DNA of 64,000 bases from the human T2T-CHM13v2.0 reference genome, Homo sapiens: NCBI GenBank assembly GCA_009914755.4, contig CP068257.2:7424001-7488000 (forward strand), written 5' to 3'. This document shows, piece by piece, positions 15,601 to 29,601 of the stretch. The notes under the pieces are model-generated. The model saw nothing but the letters and a program-made list of their open reading frames with translations, ran no database searches and was not told where the DNA came from. How positions within the stretch are numbered: the stretch's first letter is position 1; every line of letters starts with the position of its first letter. The position numbers were made by a program, and so were the translations under genes.

Positions 15601-16139
15601 GGAATTGGAAGAGGGGGGTTTTGGAGAAGGGAATGAAGGAATTGTGCTGCATCAGAGGTCCCCACCTAACAGCACAGGGACTTTTTCTGTGCTCTTGCCA
15701 GGCCGTTGTATTAGGCTGATACAAAAGTAATTTTGGTTTTGTCATTGAAAGTAATGAGACCATCTGACTTACAATGTCTGTGCCGTAACCAACTCCTAAT
15801 AGCCTCCTAGGACAGCTTTGCCCTGACATACACTGTCCTGGAACCACGTCTGCTTTGTAACTCCTGAGGTAGCTGCCACCATGACCAATGCCTTCTCATC
15901 TTTACTCTACATGCAGGTAACAGTTATAATTATATCTCTGTGTATTCACAGAACATTTAGTACATCTGGGACTTCTACAAAATTTCCCTAGCTGATTTTG
16001 GTGTTCTAGTGTCCTGGCAGCTCTAGCCATGAAGGGATGATGCTTTATCAGCATTTCTGTTGAGTTTTTTGCTTTTTCTCACAAACTGATTCCACTTTTC
16101 CCACATACGTTTGACAATTCATTTGAACTCATTTATTCT

Positions 16140-16330
16140 AAACCCATTATTTTTTGTCTATTATTTAATAGGGTGGGGGGCGAGGGATAAAAGATAACAA
16201 ATAAGGTGCAGTGTACACTGCTCGGGTGATAGGTGCACCCAAATCTCACAAATAACCAGTAAAGAAGTTATTCATGGAACCAAATACCACCGTACCCCAA
16301 TAACCTATGGGAAAAAAAATAAAAAATACA
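16140..16330 (+). mobile_element. Possible old L1 3'-end-like fragment
   Basis: The sequence gtgcagtgtacactgctcgggtgataggtgcacccaaatctcacaaataaccagtaaagaagttattcatggaaccaaataccacc resembles the 3' terminal segment of older L1 subfamilies. Identification is uncertain. Confidence 0.35.
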
Positions 16331-16929
16331 ATAAAAAAGAGTCAGAAAAAAAGAAAATAATCACTGTACTTACCATGACACTTAGAAATGGTGGCTAGCA
16401 TTATTTGTGTCACCTAATAATATTATTATTTTTTCTTTATGCTACAAACTAGCTCTGCTATTACAATCACTACTATTTGAAGTGTTACTAAATTAAATTA
16501 AATTTATTGTATCCTTCTGGACTCAGAAATGGGGGTAAATGCTAAGACAATTTCAGAATATTATCACATATTAAAAGCATATTATATGGGGAAAATGTGA
16601 TTTAAAAAAAATAGAAATTGGTAGAGAAACAGTTTTTTTGTCTCTTTAATTTCTGCACATTTTGCAAGTATGGACGCTGACTTTCTTGTTCCAAATGATT
16701 GTTTTCAAGCATGTTTGTATAGAAAACAGCCTTGGAATAGAAAACCAGTACCTCCTTCTGGAACAAAGGAAAAGTTTATTTACTGTCTAGTATAATGCAG
16801 ATAATTTCTCCCTCTTGGGAAGGGTACAGCCAAGTGAACTTCCCATAATACAAGTTGGGGTTTCTTGAGCTTGGTTTTTTCTTCCACAGTGTAATGTGCA
16901 GGTGCCACATGGCTCTCTTTGTGTTATCC

Positions 16930-17740
16930 TGGGAAAGCTGATGGCTGTAGGTGCATGTTTATTTTGGGGTTCTCTATTCTGTTTCATTGGTCTTTGTGTC
17001 TGTTTTCATATCGCTACCATGCTATTTTGTCTATTGTGGCCTTAGGGTATAGTATGAAGTCAAGTAATGTGATGTCTCCAGCTTTGTTCTTCTTGCTTAG
17101 GTTTCCTTTGGTTGTCTGGGCTCTTTAAAAATCCATATGAAATTTAGAATATATTTTTTTCTAATTCTGTGAAAAACGACATGGGTTGTTTCATAGGAAT
17201 GGTGTTGAATGTGTAGATTGCTTTTGGCAGTATAGCCATTTTAACAATATTGATCTTTCTAATCCATGAGCATGGAATAGTTTTCCATTTGCTTTGTCAT
17301 CTATGATTTTTTTCTGCAGTGTTTTGTAGTTCTCCTTTTAGATATCATTTACCTCCTTGCTTAGACATATTCTTCTTTTCTTTTCTTTTCTTTTCTTTTG
17401 GGGGTTGCTGTTGTAAACAGGATTGCACTCTTGATTTACCTCTCAGTTTAAACATTTTTGGTGTACAGAAATGATACTTCTTTCTATATGTTGTTTTTTT
17501 TAATCCTGAAAGTTTGCTGAAGACTTTTTTTATCAGTTCTAGGAGCCTTTTGGCACAGTCTTTAGGGATTTCTAGGTGTAGAATCATATCATCAGTGAAG
17601 AGAGATAATTTGACTTCATTTCTTATTTGGATGCCTTTTATCGCTTTCTCTTGCCTGATTGCTCTGGCTAGGACTTGTTAAACAGGAGTGGTGAGAACAG
17701 CCATCCCTATTTTATTCCTGTTCATAAGGGGAATGTGTTG
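16930..17740 (-). mobile_element. L1 ORF2 internal fragment, minus orientation
   Basis: Reverse complement of an L1 ORF2 segment. Highly similar to the minus-strand L1 segment at 39400-40450 in this window. Confidence 0.8.
17375..17400. repeat. (TTTTC)n microsatellite
   Basis: ttcttttcttttcttttcttttcttttg. Confidence 0.8.
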
Positions 17741-18022
17741 GGAGAAAAGCTGAGTGTTGGAAGAGAAGCTGAGGCAGGGCCATATGTTTCTCATTCACTT
17801 GATACACCGTTTCCTTTCAACCCCTAAATCCTCACCACCTGTTTGTTTGAGCACCAACAAATAGCGTGGGCTCCCAGAGCTTGGGGACTTTGCAGACTCC
17901 ACACTCGTGATGGTCTCCTGGTCCCACTTTCTCTCTCAAACTGTCCTTTTCTCATTCCTTTGACTCTGCCGGACTTCATCACCCCCATGACCTAGTGTTG
18001 GGTCTGATCACCCCAACATTCC

Positions 18023-18040
18023 TGGCGCCCAACATGGGGT
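18023..18040 (+). promoter_or_regulatory. Retroviral primer-binding site, tRNA-Lys(1,2) type
   Basis: tggcgcccaacatggggt matches the Lys1,2 PBS TGGCGCCCAACGTGGGGC with 2 mismatches, one consistent with CpG decay. It sits immediately 3' of the LTR-like segment and about 80 bp before the gag ATG at 18121. Confidence 0.75.
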
Positions 18041-18120
18041 GACAAAGACCCGGTGAAGGAAGGCTGGAGCATGTGAAAGCAGAGGACACAACATCAAAAG
18101 ACACCCGAGGACATACAAAG

Positions 18121-19451
18121 ATGGGGAATGAAATTTAGTACTTAGAATTTGTTATCACTCTTTAGTACAGTAAAGCAGTTTTGCCCATGGTTTCCAGAAC
18201 AAAGGACTATGAAGTTGGATGAATGGGAGAGAATTGGAAGAGATTTTTTAAAAGGCATATAAAGATGGAGCAGAAATTCTAGTTTCTGTATGGTCAGTGT
18301 GGGCACTAATAAAGGCAGCCCTTGAGCCATTTCAAACAGATGATGAGGCAGACTCAGATGAGGAAGAGGAGGATGAGTGTAAAAAACTAACTTCAAATTC
18401 TGAGTGTGGGGAGCAGCTACCAGAGGAGATTAAAGAAAAGAAAGAAAAACTTTAAAAAGTATGTTTTACTAGCCCGTTGGCTCCACCTGCTGAATTAAGT
18501 GAATGGCCACCTCCTCTCTCTCCTCTAAATGGGTGAGAAAATAAATTAGCTGAAAAACTTACTGCTCCTGTAGTTACAACATTAAAACCTGGATCAATTG
18601 GTGGTGGTAGACAAAATTCTATTCAAAAAGCTAAAGCCAAGGGAGACCTTGAAGCATGGCAATTTCCCGTTATGATAATCCAGCAAGTAGGACAGAATAT
18701 AGCTAATTAGGCTGCTTTCTCTTTTAAGTTACTAAAGAATTTAAGCAAGCCATTAGTCAATATGGATTGAACTCTCTTTTTTTGCAAACTTTATTTAAAA
18801 ATATGGCTCTTGATAATGGATTACTACCATATAATAAGGATACTTTGACAAAACCTGTTCTCACTCCATCTCAGTACTTGCAGTTTAAAACTTGGTAGGC
18901 TGATGAAGATCAAACTCAGGCAAAAGAAAACCCACAAGTGCAGCCACCTGTGCCTGTTTTCTTTGATCAGTTAATGTGAGTTGGCCCTAACTGGGGTTGA
19001 TTAGAGAATCAAGCACTAATGGAAGATGTTGCCATTGTTCAGCTGTGCTTCATGTGCTTACATGCATAGAAAAGGATAAATGTTACAGGGGAAAAGTATC
19101 CTTATTTCAGTTCTGTCTGACAAGGACCTAAAGAACCATATATTAATTTTATTGCTCAGCTCCAAGAGGCTGTGTATAAAGCCGTAAATGATCAAAACAG
19201 CTCAGGATGTTGTAATACAGCTTCTTGCATACAATAATGCTAATGCAGAGTGTCAAACTGCTATTAGATCCCAGACAGAGAGGGCCCATTTAACTAAATA
19301 TATTAAGACTTGCGATGGCATTGGAGATAACTTACATAAGGTTATTCTTTTAGCTCAGGCTGTGGCTAGATTAAGAGTAAGAAAAAATATGCTTCATTTC
19401 TCAGGCTCTTGCCTTAATTGTGGGCAAATTGGACACAAGAAAGAAATGTAG
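18121..19451 (+). pseudogene. gag (MA-CA-NC) of provirus A, interrupted by stops and frameshifts
   Basis: Homology to HERV-K Gag along the whole length. A CX2CX4HX4C zinc knuckle ends at 19449. Multiple in-frame stops. Confidence 0.8.
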
Positions 19452-19812
19452 AAAGGAATTCAAAAGACGAAAACTACTACCATCAATCAACAGAAAAGTC
19501 CCAATGTACGTCCCTGGTGTAAGAAAGGCAATCACTGGGCAAGTCCGTGTCATTCTAAATTTAGCAAAGATGGACAACCTCTTTCAGGAAATAGGAAGGG
19601 GGACCCGCCTCAAGCCCCTCAACAAACTGAGGCATACCCAGCACAGCCACTGCCCTTACAAATGTACAGCAATTGTCCCCCACCTCAGCAAGCAGTGCTG
19701 CTGTAGACCTCTACAGCACAATTCCCATCTCCTTACTTCCTGGGGAGCCACGAAAGAAGGTCCCCACAGGAGTTAGGGCACCCTTACCCTGAGGAACTGT
19801 TGGGAACAAGCC

Positions 19813-20255
19813 TCCCCAAATCCGGCCATAAACTGGCCCCAAAACTGGCCATAAACAAAATCTCTGCAGCACTGTGACATGTTCATGATGGCCATAACAC
19901 CCACGTTGGAAGGTTGTGGGTTTACTGGAATGAGAACAAGGAATACCTGGCCCGTCCAGGGTGGAAATCCACTTAAAGGCATTCTTAAGCCACAAACAAT
20001 AGCATGAGTGATCTGTGCCTTAAGAATAAGGGATACTTTTAGTTAATCTAATATCTATAGAAACAATGCTAATGACTGGCTTGCTGTTAATAAATACGTG
20101 GGTAAATCTCTGTTCAGGGCCCTGCTCTGAAGGCTGTAAGACACCCCCCCCCCATTTTCCCACTTCACACCTCTATATTTCTGTGTGTGTCTTTAATTCC
20201 TCTAGTGCTGCTGGGTTAGGGTCTCTCCAACCGACCTGGTCTCAGCAAGTGGTGC
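19813..20255 (+). mobile_element. LTR-like segment (U3 end, R, U5) between the two gag copies
   Basis: Contains aataaatacgtgggtaaatctctgttcagggccctgctctgaaggctg (a poly-A signal) and ends ...gacctggtctca, followed by tggtgcccattaatggggg, a PBS-like TGG motif of unclear tRNA specificity. Not similar to the LTR remnant of provirus A. Confidence 0.45.
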
Positions 20256-20349
20256 CCATTAATGGGGGCTCAAATACAGGTCAAAGGATCGCTGGAGCAA
20301 CGATTGGAGAATGTGGAACTAGCTGGAGGACACCCGAGTACTCTTAAAG

Positions 20350-21790
20350 CAATCCCCGTGGTGAGTAAGAAGGGGAGCTCGGAAGCATCAGGGTAGCAAT
20401 AGGACAAGTGTGGGCTGTGGTTCGTTCTACCTTGGAACTTTTTCACACTGATGATGAGGAGGAAGGAGAGTATAACAAAGTAACAGTAGAGGTTACAGAC
20501 CAGGTTTATTTGTCACCTAAAGCTAAAGCAGAAAAGGAGGGAGAGGTTCATCCCTATCCTTCTGCACACCGTCATTACTATTTTGAAGAAAACGACCCTC
20601 CAGATCTTTCTTTTCTGGAGGACACTGGGTGAAAAGTAGTTGCCCTGGTGACTGAGCAGCGCCTTGAGCGACTGCTCTTAGTTCTATTCAGGCAGGAATA
20701 CAGCAAGCTAGACAAAAGTGGGATTTAGAGGCTTGGCAGTTCCCTGTTTGAATACACCCCCCAGATCAACAGGGAAATATTATAGCTACATTTGGGCCTT
20801 TTCCTTTTAAATCACTCAAAAAAATTAAACAAGCTATAAATCAGTATGGACCAGGTTCTCCTTTTGAAATGGGACTGTTAAAGAATGTTGCTGTTTCCAG
20901 TCGGATGATTCCTACTGACTGGGACACTTTTACTCTAGCTTGTCTAACTCCTGCTCAGTTCTTACAATTTAAAACTTAGTAGGCAGATGAAGCTTCCATT
21001 CAGGCTGCTCGCAATGCCTGGGCCCAACCTCAAATTAATATAACTGCAGACCAACTTTTGGGGGTTGGTGGCTGGGCTGGTTTACATGTACAAGTGGTCA
21101 TGCAGGATGATGCCATAGAACAGCTTAGAGGAGTGTGCATTAGAGCTTGGAATAAATCACTTCATGTGGAGAACAATACCCTTCCTTTAGTGCTATAAAA
21201 CAGGGACCAAGAGAACCATATGTGGATTTTATAGCTTGGTTACAGGAGTCTCTTGAAAAGATGATTGCAGATTTGGCTGCTTAGGATATAGTGTTGCAGT
21301 TATTGGTTTTGACAATGCTAATCCTTATTGCCAGGCTGCTCTGCGACCTATCAGAGGGAAAGCACATTTAGTTGATTATAACAAGGCCTGTGATGATATC
21401 AGAGATAATCTACATAAAGCTACTTTGTTGGCACAGGCGATGGCAGGACTGAGAGTGGATAAAGGAAATACTCTATTTCCTGGAGCTTGTTTTAACTGTG
21501 GGAAGCATGGTCATACTAAAAAGAATGTAAAAAAAAAAAAAAAATCACCGAGTCAGGCCACTAGATAGGGGAAAAAACAAAACTGCTGATCCTGAAATAT
21601 GTCCAAAATGTAAAAAAGGAAAACTTTGGGCTAATCAGTGTCACTCTAAGTTTGATAAAGAAGGGAACCCGATTTTGGGAAACTCCCTGAGGGGCCCATC
21701 CCAGGCCCTGTTCTAAACCAGGGCATTTCCATCTCAGGCCATTCCCTCACCCCCATACGTTATCTTTCCCCACCACAGCCCATAGTGCTG
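20350..21790 (+). pseudogene. gag of provirus B (MA partial, CA, NC), disrupted
   Basis: HERV-K Gag homology. A poly-A insertion lies at 21531-21545 between the zinc knuckles. Stops are present. Confidence 0.8.
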
Positions 21791-22440
21791 CAGTAGATCC
21801 ATGCTGCACAAAAGCTGTGAGCCTTCTGCCTGGGGAACCCCCGCAAAAGGTCCCAACAGGAGTCTGTGGACTGTTGCGAGCAGGGACAATGGGATTACTT
21901 TTAGGAAGGTCTAGTTTAAGTTTAAAAGGGGTACAAATACACACTGGAGTCATTGATTCAGATTACAATGAGGAAATTCAAATTGTGATATTTAGTTCTG
22001 TTCCCTGGAAAGCACAGCCAGGAGTGCGCATAGCACAGCTCCTGAGTGAGCCGTATGTGGGAATGGGAAAAAGTGAAATTAAATGAACTGGAGGATTTGG
22101 AAGCACAAATAAAAAAGGCAAGGCAGCTTATTGGGTAAATCAAATTACTGATAAACATCCTACCTGTGAAATAACTATCCAGGGAAAGAACTTTAAAGGT
22201 TTGGTAGATACTATTTTTTTTTTTTGGTAGGAGTGGACATTTCAATTATTTCTCTACAGCACTGGCTGTCCATGTGGCCAATTCAGCCCACTCAATTTAA
22301 CACAGTGGAAACTGCTAAAGCTCCAGAAGTGTATCAGAGTAGCTATACTTTGCATTGTGAAGGGCCCAATGGACAACCTGGGACTGTTCAACCAATTGCA
22401 ACTTCTGTACCTATAAATTTATGGGGGAGAGATTTATTAT
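21790..22440 (+). pseudogene. pro of provirus B: dUTPase domain plus aspartic protease (DTG)
   Basis: The dUTPase motif region is open as an 89-codon ORF at 21817-22086. The PR D-T-G region is interrupted by a T-run at 22212-22228. Confidence 0.8.
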
Positions 22441-23560
22441 GACAATGGGGAGCACAAGTTCTAATTCCATAACAAGTATACAGCCCTCAAAGTCAACATA
22501 TGATGCACGAAATGGGGCATGTCCCTGGTATAGGAGTAGAAAAAAAATTGCAAGGTTTGAAAGAACTGCTTCAAACGGAAAGACAAAGTTCCTGCCAAAG
22601 ATTAGTATACCATTTTTGATGGTGGCCATAGTTAAGCCTCCAGAACCTATACCTTTAAAATGGTTAACAGATAAGCCAATTTGGATAGAATAATGGCTGC
22701 TAAGCAAAGGGAAACTGGATGCTTTAGAGAAATTAGTTACTGAACAATTAGAAAATGGGCACATAGCGCCAACATTTTCCCCTTGGAATTCTCCAGTTTT
22801 CATAATTAAGAAAAAATCAGGTAAATGGAGAATGTTAACTGACTTAAGAGCCATCAATTCAGTTATACAACCTATGGAAATATAACAGCCAGGATTCCCT
22901 TCTCTACTATAATTCCAAAAAATTGGCCTTTAATAGTCACAGATTTAAAAGACTGTTTCTTTACTACCCTTTTAGCTGAGCAAGACTGTGAACGGTTTGC
23001 ATTTACAATTCCTGCAGTAAACAACCTGCAGCCTGCTAAGCTTTTTCATTGTTTCACAGATGGGTCTAGTAATGGTAAAGGTTCTTATTCTGGATCAAAA
23101 GCTAAAGTTTTCCAGACACCCTATACTTCAGCTCAAAAGGCGGAGCTTGTAGCTGTAATTGAGGTGTTGGCTGCTTTTGATATGCCTGTTAATGTGATTT
23201 CTGATTCTTCATACATGGGTCATTCCACACAGTTAATTGAAAATGCTCAGTTAAGATTTCATACAGACGAACAACTGATAATAAAAACAAAAAAGGGGGA
23301 GAAACAGGGATTACGGGATAGCCCATACACAATTGAATCTTGCATTATTAACTTTCAAATTTTTGAGCCTGCCCAAAGGCCAGATGTTACCAGCAGCTGA
23401 ACAGCATCTACAGAAACCAGCTGCAAAGACAGAAGCAGAACAACTGGTTTGGTGGAGAGATCCAATAACAAAAAGTTGGGAAATAGGTAAAATTATAACT
23501 TGGCATAGAGGTTATGCTTGTGTTTCTCCAGGACCGAATCAACAACTGATTTAGATACCA
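22440..23560 (+). pseudogene. pol remnant of provirus B (RT N-terminal half, RNase H, IN C-terminus) with large internal deletions
   Basis: RT motifs run up to FAFTIPA, then the sequence jumps directly into RNase H (FTDGSS). Most of IN is missing. Confidence 0.75.
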
Positions 23561-23641
23561 TCAAGACACCTGAAATTTTATCATGAGCCAGATGCTGAGG
23601 AAGAGAGAAAAAGCACAATCATCATTGAAATTAGAGCTTCT

Positions 23642-23865
23642 GGCTGGGCGCGGTGGCTCACGCCTGTAATCCCAGCACTCTGGAAGGCCGAGGTGGGCGG
23701 ATCACAAGGTCAGGAGATAGAGACCATCCTGGCTAACACGGCAAAACCCCGCCTCTACTAAAAATACAAAAAATTAGCTGGGTGAGGTGGCGGGCGCCTA
23801 TAGTCCCAGCTACTCAGGAGGCTGAGGCAGGAGAATGGTGTGAACCCAGGAGGCAAAACTTCAGG
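23642..23865 (+). mobile_element. Alu SINE, 3'-truncated
   Basis: Alu consensus from ggctgggcgcggtggctcacgcctg... through the start of the right arm. It ends before an A-tail. Confidence 0.9.
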
Positions 23866-23977
23866 TTTTGCCAAGAATGACACTGTAAATGTAACAAAGC
23901 TTCTGTGCTTGTTAGTGAACAACAAATCAGCTACTCTCCTGTATTCGGAGATCAGGATGAAATGAAAAGAACAAGCA

Positions 23978-24279
<302 letters not shown>

Positions 24280-24284
24280 ACCCC

Positions 24285-24600
24285 CAACCTTGTCTAGACT
24301 GTGGGGTTTCAGTTTCACCCCAGGGGGGTCCTGGTTGGGTTAGAACCCTGAATCTGGTTTGAGTTCGTATCCTAAAGAATAAAGGGAATAAAGGCTGTAG
24401 CCACTAAGCTACTCAATCTGGTCCGGTTCTGGCTTTTGTGTGTCTGTCTGTATTTTTGGTCTAAATATTTGGCCCAACAGAGGTTAAAGGCTTTGATGTT
24501 CTCAGCAAAAGCCTTGAGATCTCTAGTTTATCTGTGTGCTCAACTGGAACAAAGAGACTCCATAAACTAGAAAAACCTAAAGAAAATGGCACGTGTGAAA
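24285..24600 (+). mobile_element. Possible ERV LTR 3' end plus degraded Lys-like PBS and leader (a third ERV 5' fragment)
   Basis: aataaagggaataaagg (poly-A signal) ... tttggcccaacagaggt resembles a decayed TGGCGCCCAACGTGGGG PBS. An ATG lies about 100 bp downstream (aaagaaaatggcacg), the same spacing as in provirus A. This is a weak assignment. Confidence 0.3.
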
Positions 24601-24990
24601 AAATGAGAGCCAACTCCTGTTTGTTGTTCTGTCCACCTCCCTCTCTCACTCCTCCTTCTGCCTTTGCTGTGGTCCCATGGTGTTTCTGTCTTTCTGGGGA
24701 CCTGAGATTCAGTGTAGGAGTGAAGTCCATGATTTTAAAGCCTTCATGTCTCTGCTTTTTAACTCTGCCTGCTTTGCTGAGCTCTTATAATGAGAAATAA
24801 ACCATTCAGAACAGAAACAACAGGGCATCAGAAAACCAACTTCAGGCAGCGCTCCGGCAAGTACCTCCCTAGAGGGGAAGGGCCTACTAAAGGAGATTTA
24901 ATCTTGAAAAGGCCAAAATGAGAAGCTCTAACCTTAAGCTTGCTAGGTTTTCTAGGACTCGAGCTGGCTATATATTATGGACCATTCTAG

Positions 24991-25650
<660 letters not shown>

Positions 25651-25894
25651 TCTAGTGCACACTTTAAACCTGATGGCCAAATTACATGAAAGAAAATTCA
25701 GAACTCAAATAGTTACTATTTTTAAAAACCCTAAAGTGAAAAAGTCTCAGTTCTTTTGCCTATCTATTTTTTTTTCCCTGCCTACTTTGAATCTGCTGAT
25801 TTGTCTACTGGTGTTGAGATAAGACTTACTGTCTGTGGTGTTACTAATTCAAGGTCACTTGGCTGAAGAAAAACAAAAGAATGAAACAATTCTT

Positions 25895-26206
<312 letters not shown>

Positions 26207-26692
26207 ACAAAAGAGTTCTTTTATAAATACAAATAATTTAAAAAGTATTGATAAAATAAAAATAGAAAATAGAAATCTCTTCAGACTTGTCAGCATACAT
26301 TTTTGACTGTGTTTTATATTTACATTTGCTAGATATTTTAAGGTGCTAGGGTTTGGCATGAAGGTTATAAAGCTATAAACACAGGAAAAAAGAATATTTG
26401 TTTATGTGATTTTTTAAATACATAAGACCAATTTAATATGTTTTGTTGAACAAAAATAATGGAATTTTCTGAGTTATTGGTAAAATACCCATGTATTTAA
26501 CTTTGAAGTCCTCACTTACGTGAACTCCTGATATTCACAGGCTATAACATGGTTAACAAGAAAATAACCTAGAAATGATGACTAGCTTTGTCTAATACCT
26601 CAGTTCTCACAAATACTCTAGATAAACTGTCAAAAATAAGTAAATGTAAATGGATAAATGTCTATACAAGACATCTTAATGTATTTTTGAAA

Positions 26693-26966
26693 TTTTTTTG
26701 AGACAGTGTCTCTGTCTGTCACCCAGGCTGAAGTGCAGTGGCATGATCACAGCTCACTGCAACCTTGACCTTCTGCTCTCAAGGGATCCACCCACCTCAG
26801 CCTCCCATGTAGCTGTTAATTACAGGCATACACCACCATGGTCAGCTAACTTTTATTTTTTTTGTAGAGTCAGCATCTCACTATTTTGCTCAGGCTGGTT
26901 TCATGATACTCCTGCCTAGGCCTCCTAAAGTGTTGGGATTACAGGTGTGAGCCACCATGCCCAGCC
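26693..26966 (-). mobile_element. Alu SINE, minus orientation (older, diverged)
   Basis: Reverse-complement Alu consensus. Confidence 0.9.
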
Positions 26967-27051
26967 TATTTTTGAAATTTTGGTTATGTTAAATTAAATA
27001 ATAGATACTCATTAAATATCTGGGTTATTTCCAATTTAAAACTTATGTTTT

Positions 27052-27341
<290 letters not shown>

Positions 27342-28514
27342 AATATGTTTTAGGAACACATAATTCTAAATTATGAAATTATTCTCATATGTAAGATACT
27401 GCTATATGACAATTCCAGATTTCTTGCTTCCTAGGTTTTTTATTAAAATAAGGGTTACTAAGTGTTAATATCTTGCTAGATATGTGTGATTAAGACTACT
27501 AGATACAAGAGAAACAATTCTGTATGCAAAATGTATACCGGTTTTTGTTTCAGAGAAAGTAAATTCACTTACAGATTTTTAAGGATTATTTTAAATTGAA
27601 GGAATAAAAAAGATAGATAAAACTACATGTGTGTAAAAAGTTGGGAAAGATGAAAAAATTATACAAGGTTATTAAAAGTTTATGTAAATCTTACATCGAG
27701 GCCAAAACTGATTGAGATCAGATAGATTGTTTATAAAGTTTATTTAAATTAGCTATAATATTAAAAACAGTGATAAAAAACTAAAAATTTTGGTTAAAAC
27801 AACAAGGTTTTCTTAATGTATTTATTTGCTCATAATAAGAGGTAATAAATATTGACTTTTAATCCTGAAATCTGTTACTATAAAAACTTTTCAGATTTGT
27901 ATATCAGAAGTTCAACTTTTCCTGTACTTTCATGTTACACATGACTCACAGATCACATCACTGTCTCCTGTTCCTTCTTGAGAAGGAATAAAAGGCTTGG
28001 GTTTCCTGCTTGGCTGGGATGATAACTCCTTCAGCTTTTTCATCAGGTCTTATTTTATACTATTGGCTTTTAAATATGTCTTAATTACTTCATGTAACCA
28101 GGAAACTTTCTTGCTATCATTGTGAGCTATGGATCCCCACTGCTCTATGCTCTGGTTTTCCTGTTGACATTCCTTTGTAATATTATGCTCACTCATGACC
28201 CTGGACACACTCTTTCTATGTCTAATTAAATTCAAGTCTCCTTGTCATCGGAATTGACTTCCAAGTGATTTAAATTAGCTTCCCGTAAGAAGACACAGTT
28301 ATGCCACAGGAGTTTTACCCTTTAAATGACTGGCCTGTAATAAAGATTTTAGGTTTTATCAAGATAATCCATGTGTTGCCTTTATTTTTTTTTAATTACT
28401 TGGGAAAACTGAGGGTTTTCAGTTATCACATCCATGTAACCTTCTACGTTGCTTTTGATGTCTTTTGGTTGTCATTCTAATTAAATGAATGACTGTTATT
28501 TAAAAATGACATGT

Positions 28515-28825
28515 GTCTGTGTGCAGCGGCTCATGTCTGTAATTCCGGCCCTTTGGGAGGCCAAGGTGTGTGGATCACTTGAGCCCAGGAGTTCAAGTCC
28601 AGCCTGGGCAAAATGGCAAAATCACATCTCTACTGAAAATACAAAAGCTAGCTATGTGTCGTAACAAGTGCTCATAGTCCTGGCTACTTGGGATACTAAG
28701 GTGGAGGATCACCTGAGCCTGGGAAGTTGAGGCTGCAGTGAGCCATGATTTCACCACTGCACTCCAGCCTGGGCAACAGGGTGAGACCCTGTCTCAAAAA
28801 AATAATAAAATAAAAAACAATAAAC
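28515..28825 (+). mobile_element. Alu SINE (diverged)
   Basis: Alu dimer consensus with an A-rich tail. Confidence 0.9.
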
Positions 28826-28934
28826 TGTCATTCTGTTTTGGTCAAGTGTTTTCAATTTTTTGACATCTTTGCTAAATCTTAGTTGATAACATTGTATGGG
28901 AAGCATTGCCAAAAGATAAGTAACACTAAATCTT

Positions 28935-29229
28935 CTTTTTTTTTTCTCCGAGACAGAATCTTGCTTTGTCACCCAGGCTGGAGTGCAGTGGCGTGATCTA
29001 GGTCCATTGCAACCTCTGCCCCAAGGTTCAAGCGATTCTCCTGCCTCAACCTCCCAAGTAGCTGAGACTACAGACACATGCCACCACGCCCGGCTAATTT
29101 TGTATTTTTAGTAGAGACAAGATTTCTCCATGTTGGCCAGGCTGGTGTCAAACTCCTGACCTCTGATGATCTGTCCAACTTGGTCTCCCAAAGTGTTGGG
29201 ATTACAGACATGAGCCACTGTGCCTGGCC
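28935..29229 (-). mobile_element. Alu SINE, minus orientation
   Basis: Reverse-complement Alu consensus. Confidence 0.95.
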
Positions 29230-29601
29230 TAAATCTTCTTTTGGTTACATTTATAGGTATATTATTAATATAAATATTTTAAATGTTATATAAATTATAA
29301 AAATCTAATATGGTATCAGTCATAATTTTGATGATGTTAAATATTCTCTAAAGTTGTATATGTATAGATATATTATTAATATAAATATTCTAAAGATTAT
29401 ATAAAATTTGTGGATGTCTGATGGATCTGATGTGTTGCCGTCAGTCATGATTCTGGCTGTTATCTTAAAATGCTACATATAATAGAAATAACTAAATTTT
29501 CTCGCAGGTCGAGAACTTCCACTGGATTTTAACCAAAGGATATTCTAAGTTTTTGTCATCCACGGTGATTGTTTAAAGTTCTTCTCTAAAACCCTTTACA
29601 G

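Larger units (their letters stand above)
17745..19812 (+). mobile_element. HERV-K/HML-like (class II, betaretrovirus-like) proviral fragment A: LTR remnant, PBS, gag and start of pro, 3'-truncated
   Basis: An LTR-like 280 bp ends just before a tRNA-Lys-type PBS. Translated gag matches HERV-K gag (MGNEI...QFCPWFPEQ...EAWQFPVMIIQQ...LAYNNANAECQTAIRSQ...CLNCGQIGHKKEM zinc knuckle). The reading frame is broken by several stops. Confidence 0.85.
20256..23620 (+). mobile_element. HERV-K/HML-like proviral fragment B: gag (N-terminus degraded), pro with dUTPase, deleted pol; env and 3' LTR absent
   Basis: Translation gives Gag (...WAVVRSTLELFHTDDEEE..., two zinc knuckles CFNCGKHGHTKKN and CPKCKKGKLWANQCHSK), dUTPase (GLLLGRSSLSLKGVQIHTGVIDSDYNEEIQIVIFS), PR (LVDTG.DISII, WGRDLL), RT ([24 protein letters not shown]), RNase H (CFTDGSSNGKG...AELVAVIEVL) and the IN C-terminus (LVWWRDPITKSWEIGKIITWHRGYACV). 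Nucleotide similarity to provirus A is only moderate, estimated by eye. Confidence 0.85.

Noticed and set aside
22411-22857. 148-codon minus-strand ORF.
   Set aside because: Antisense to the HERV PR and RT coding sequence. A chance open frame.
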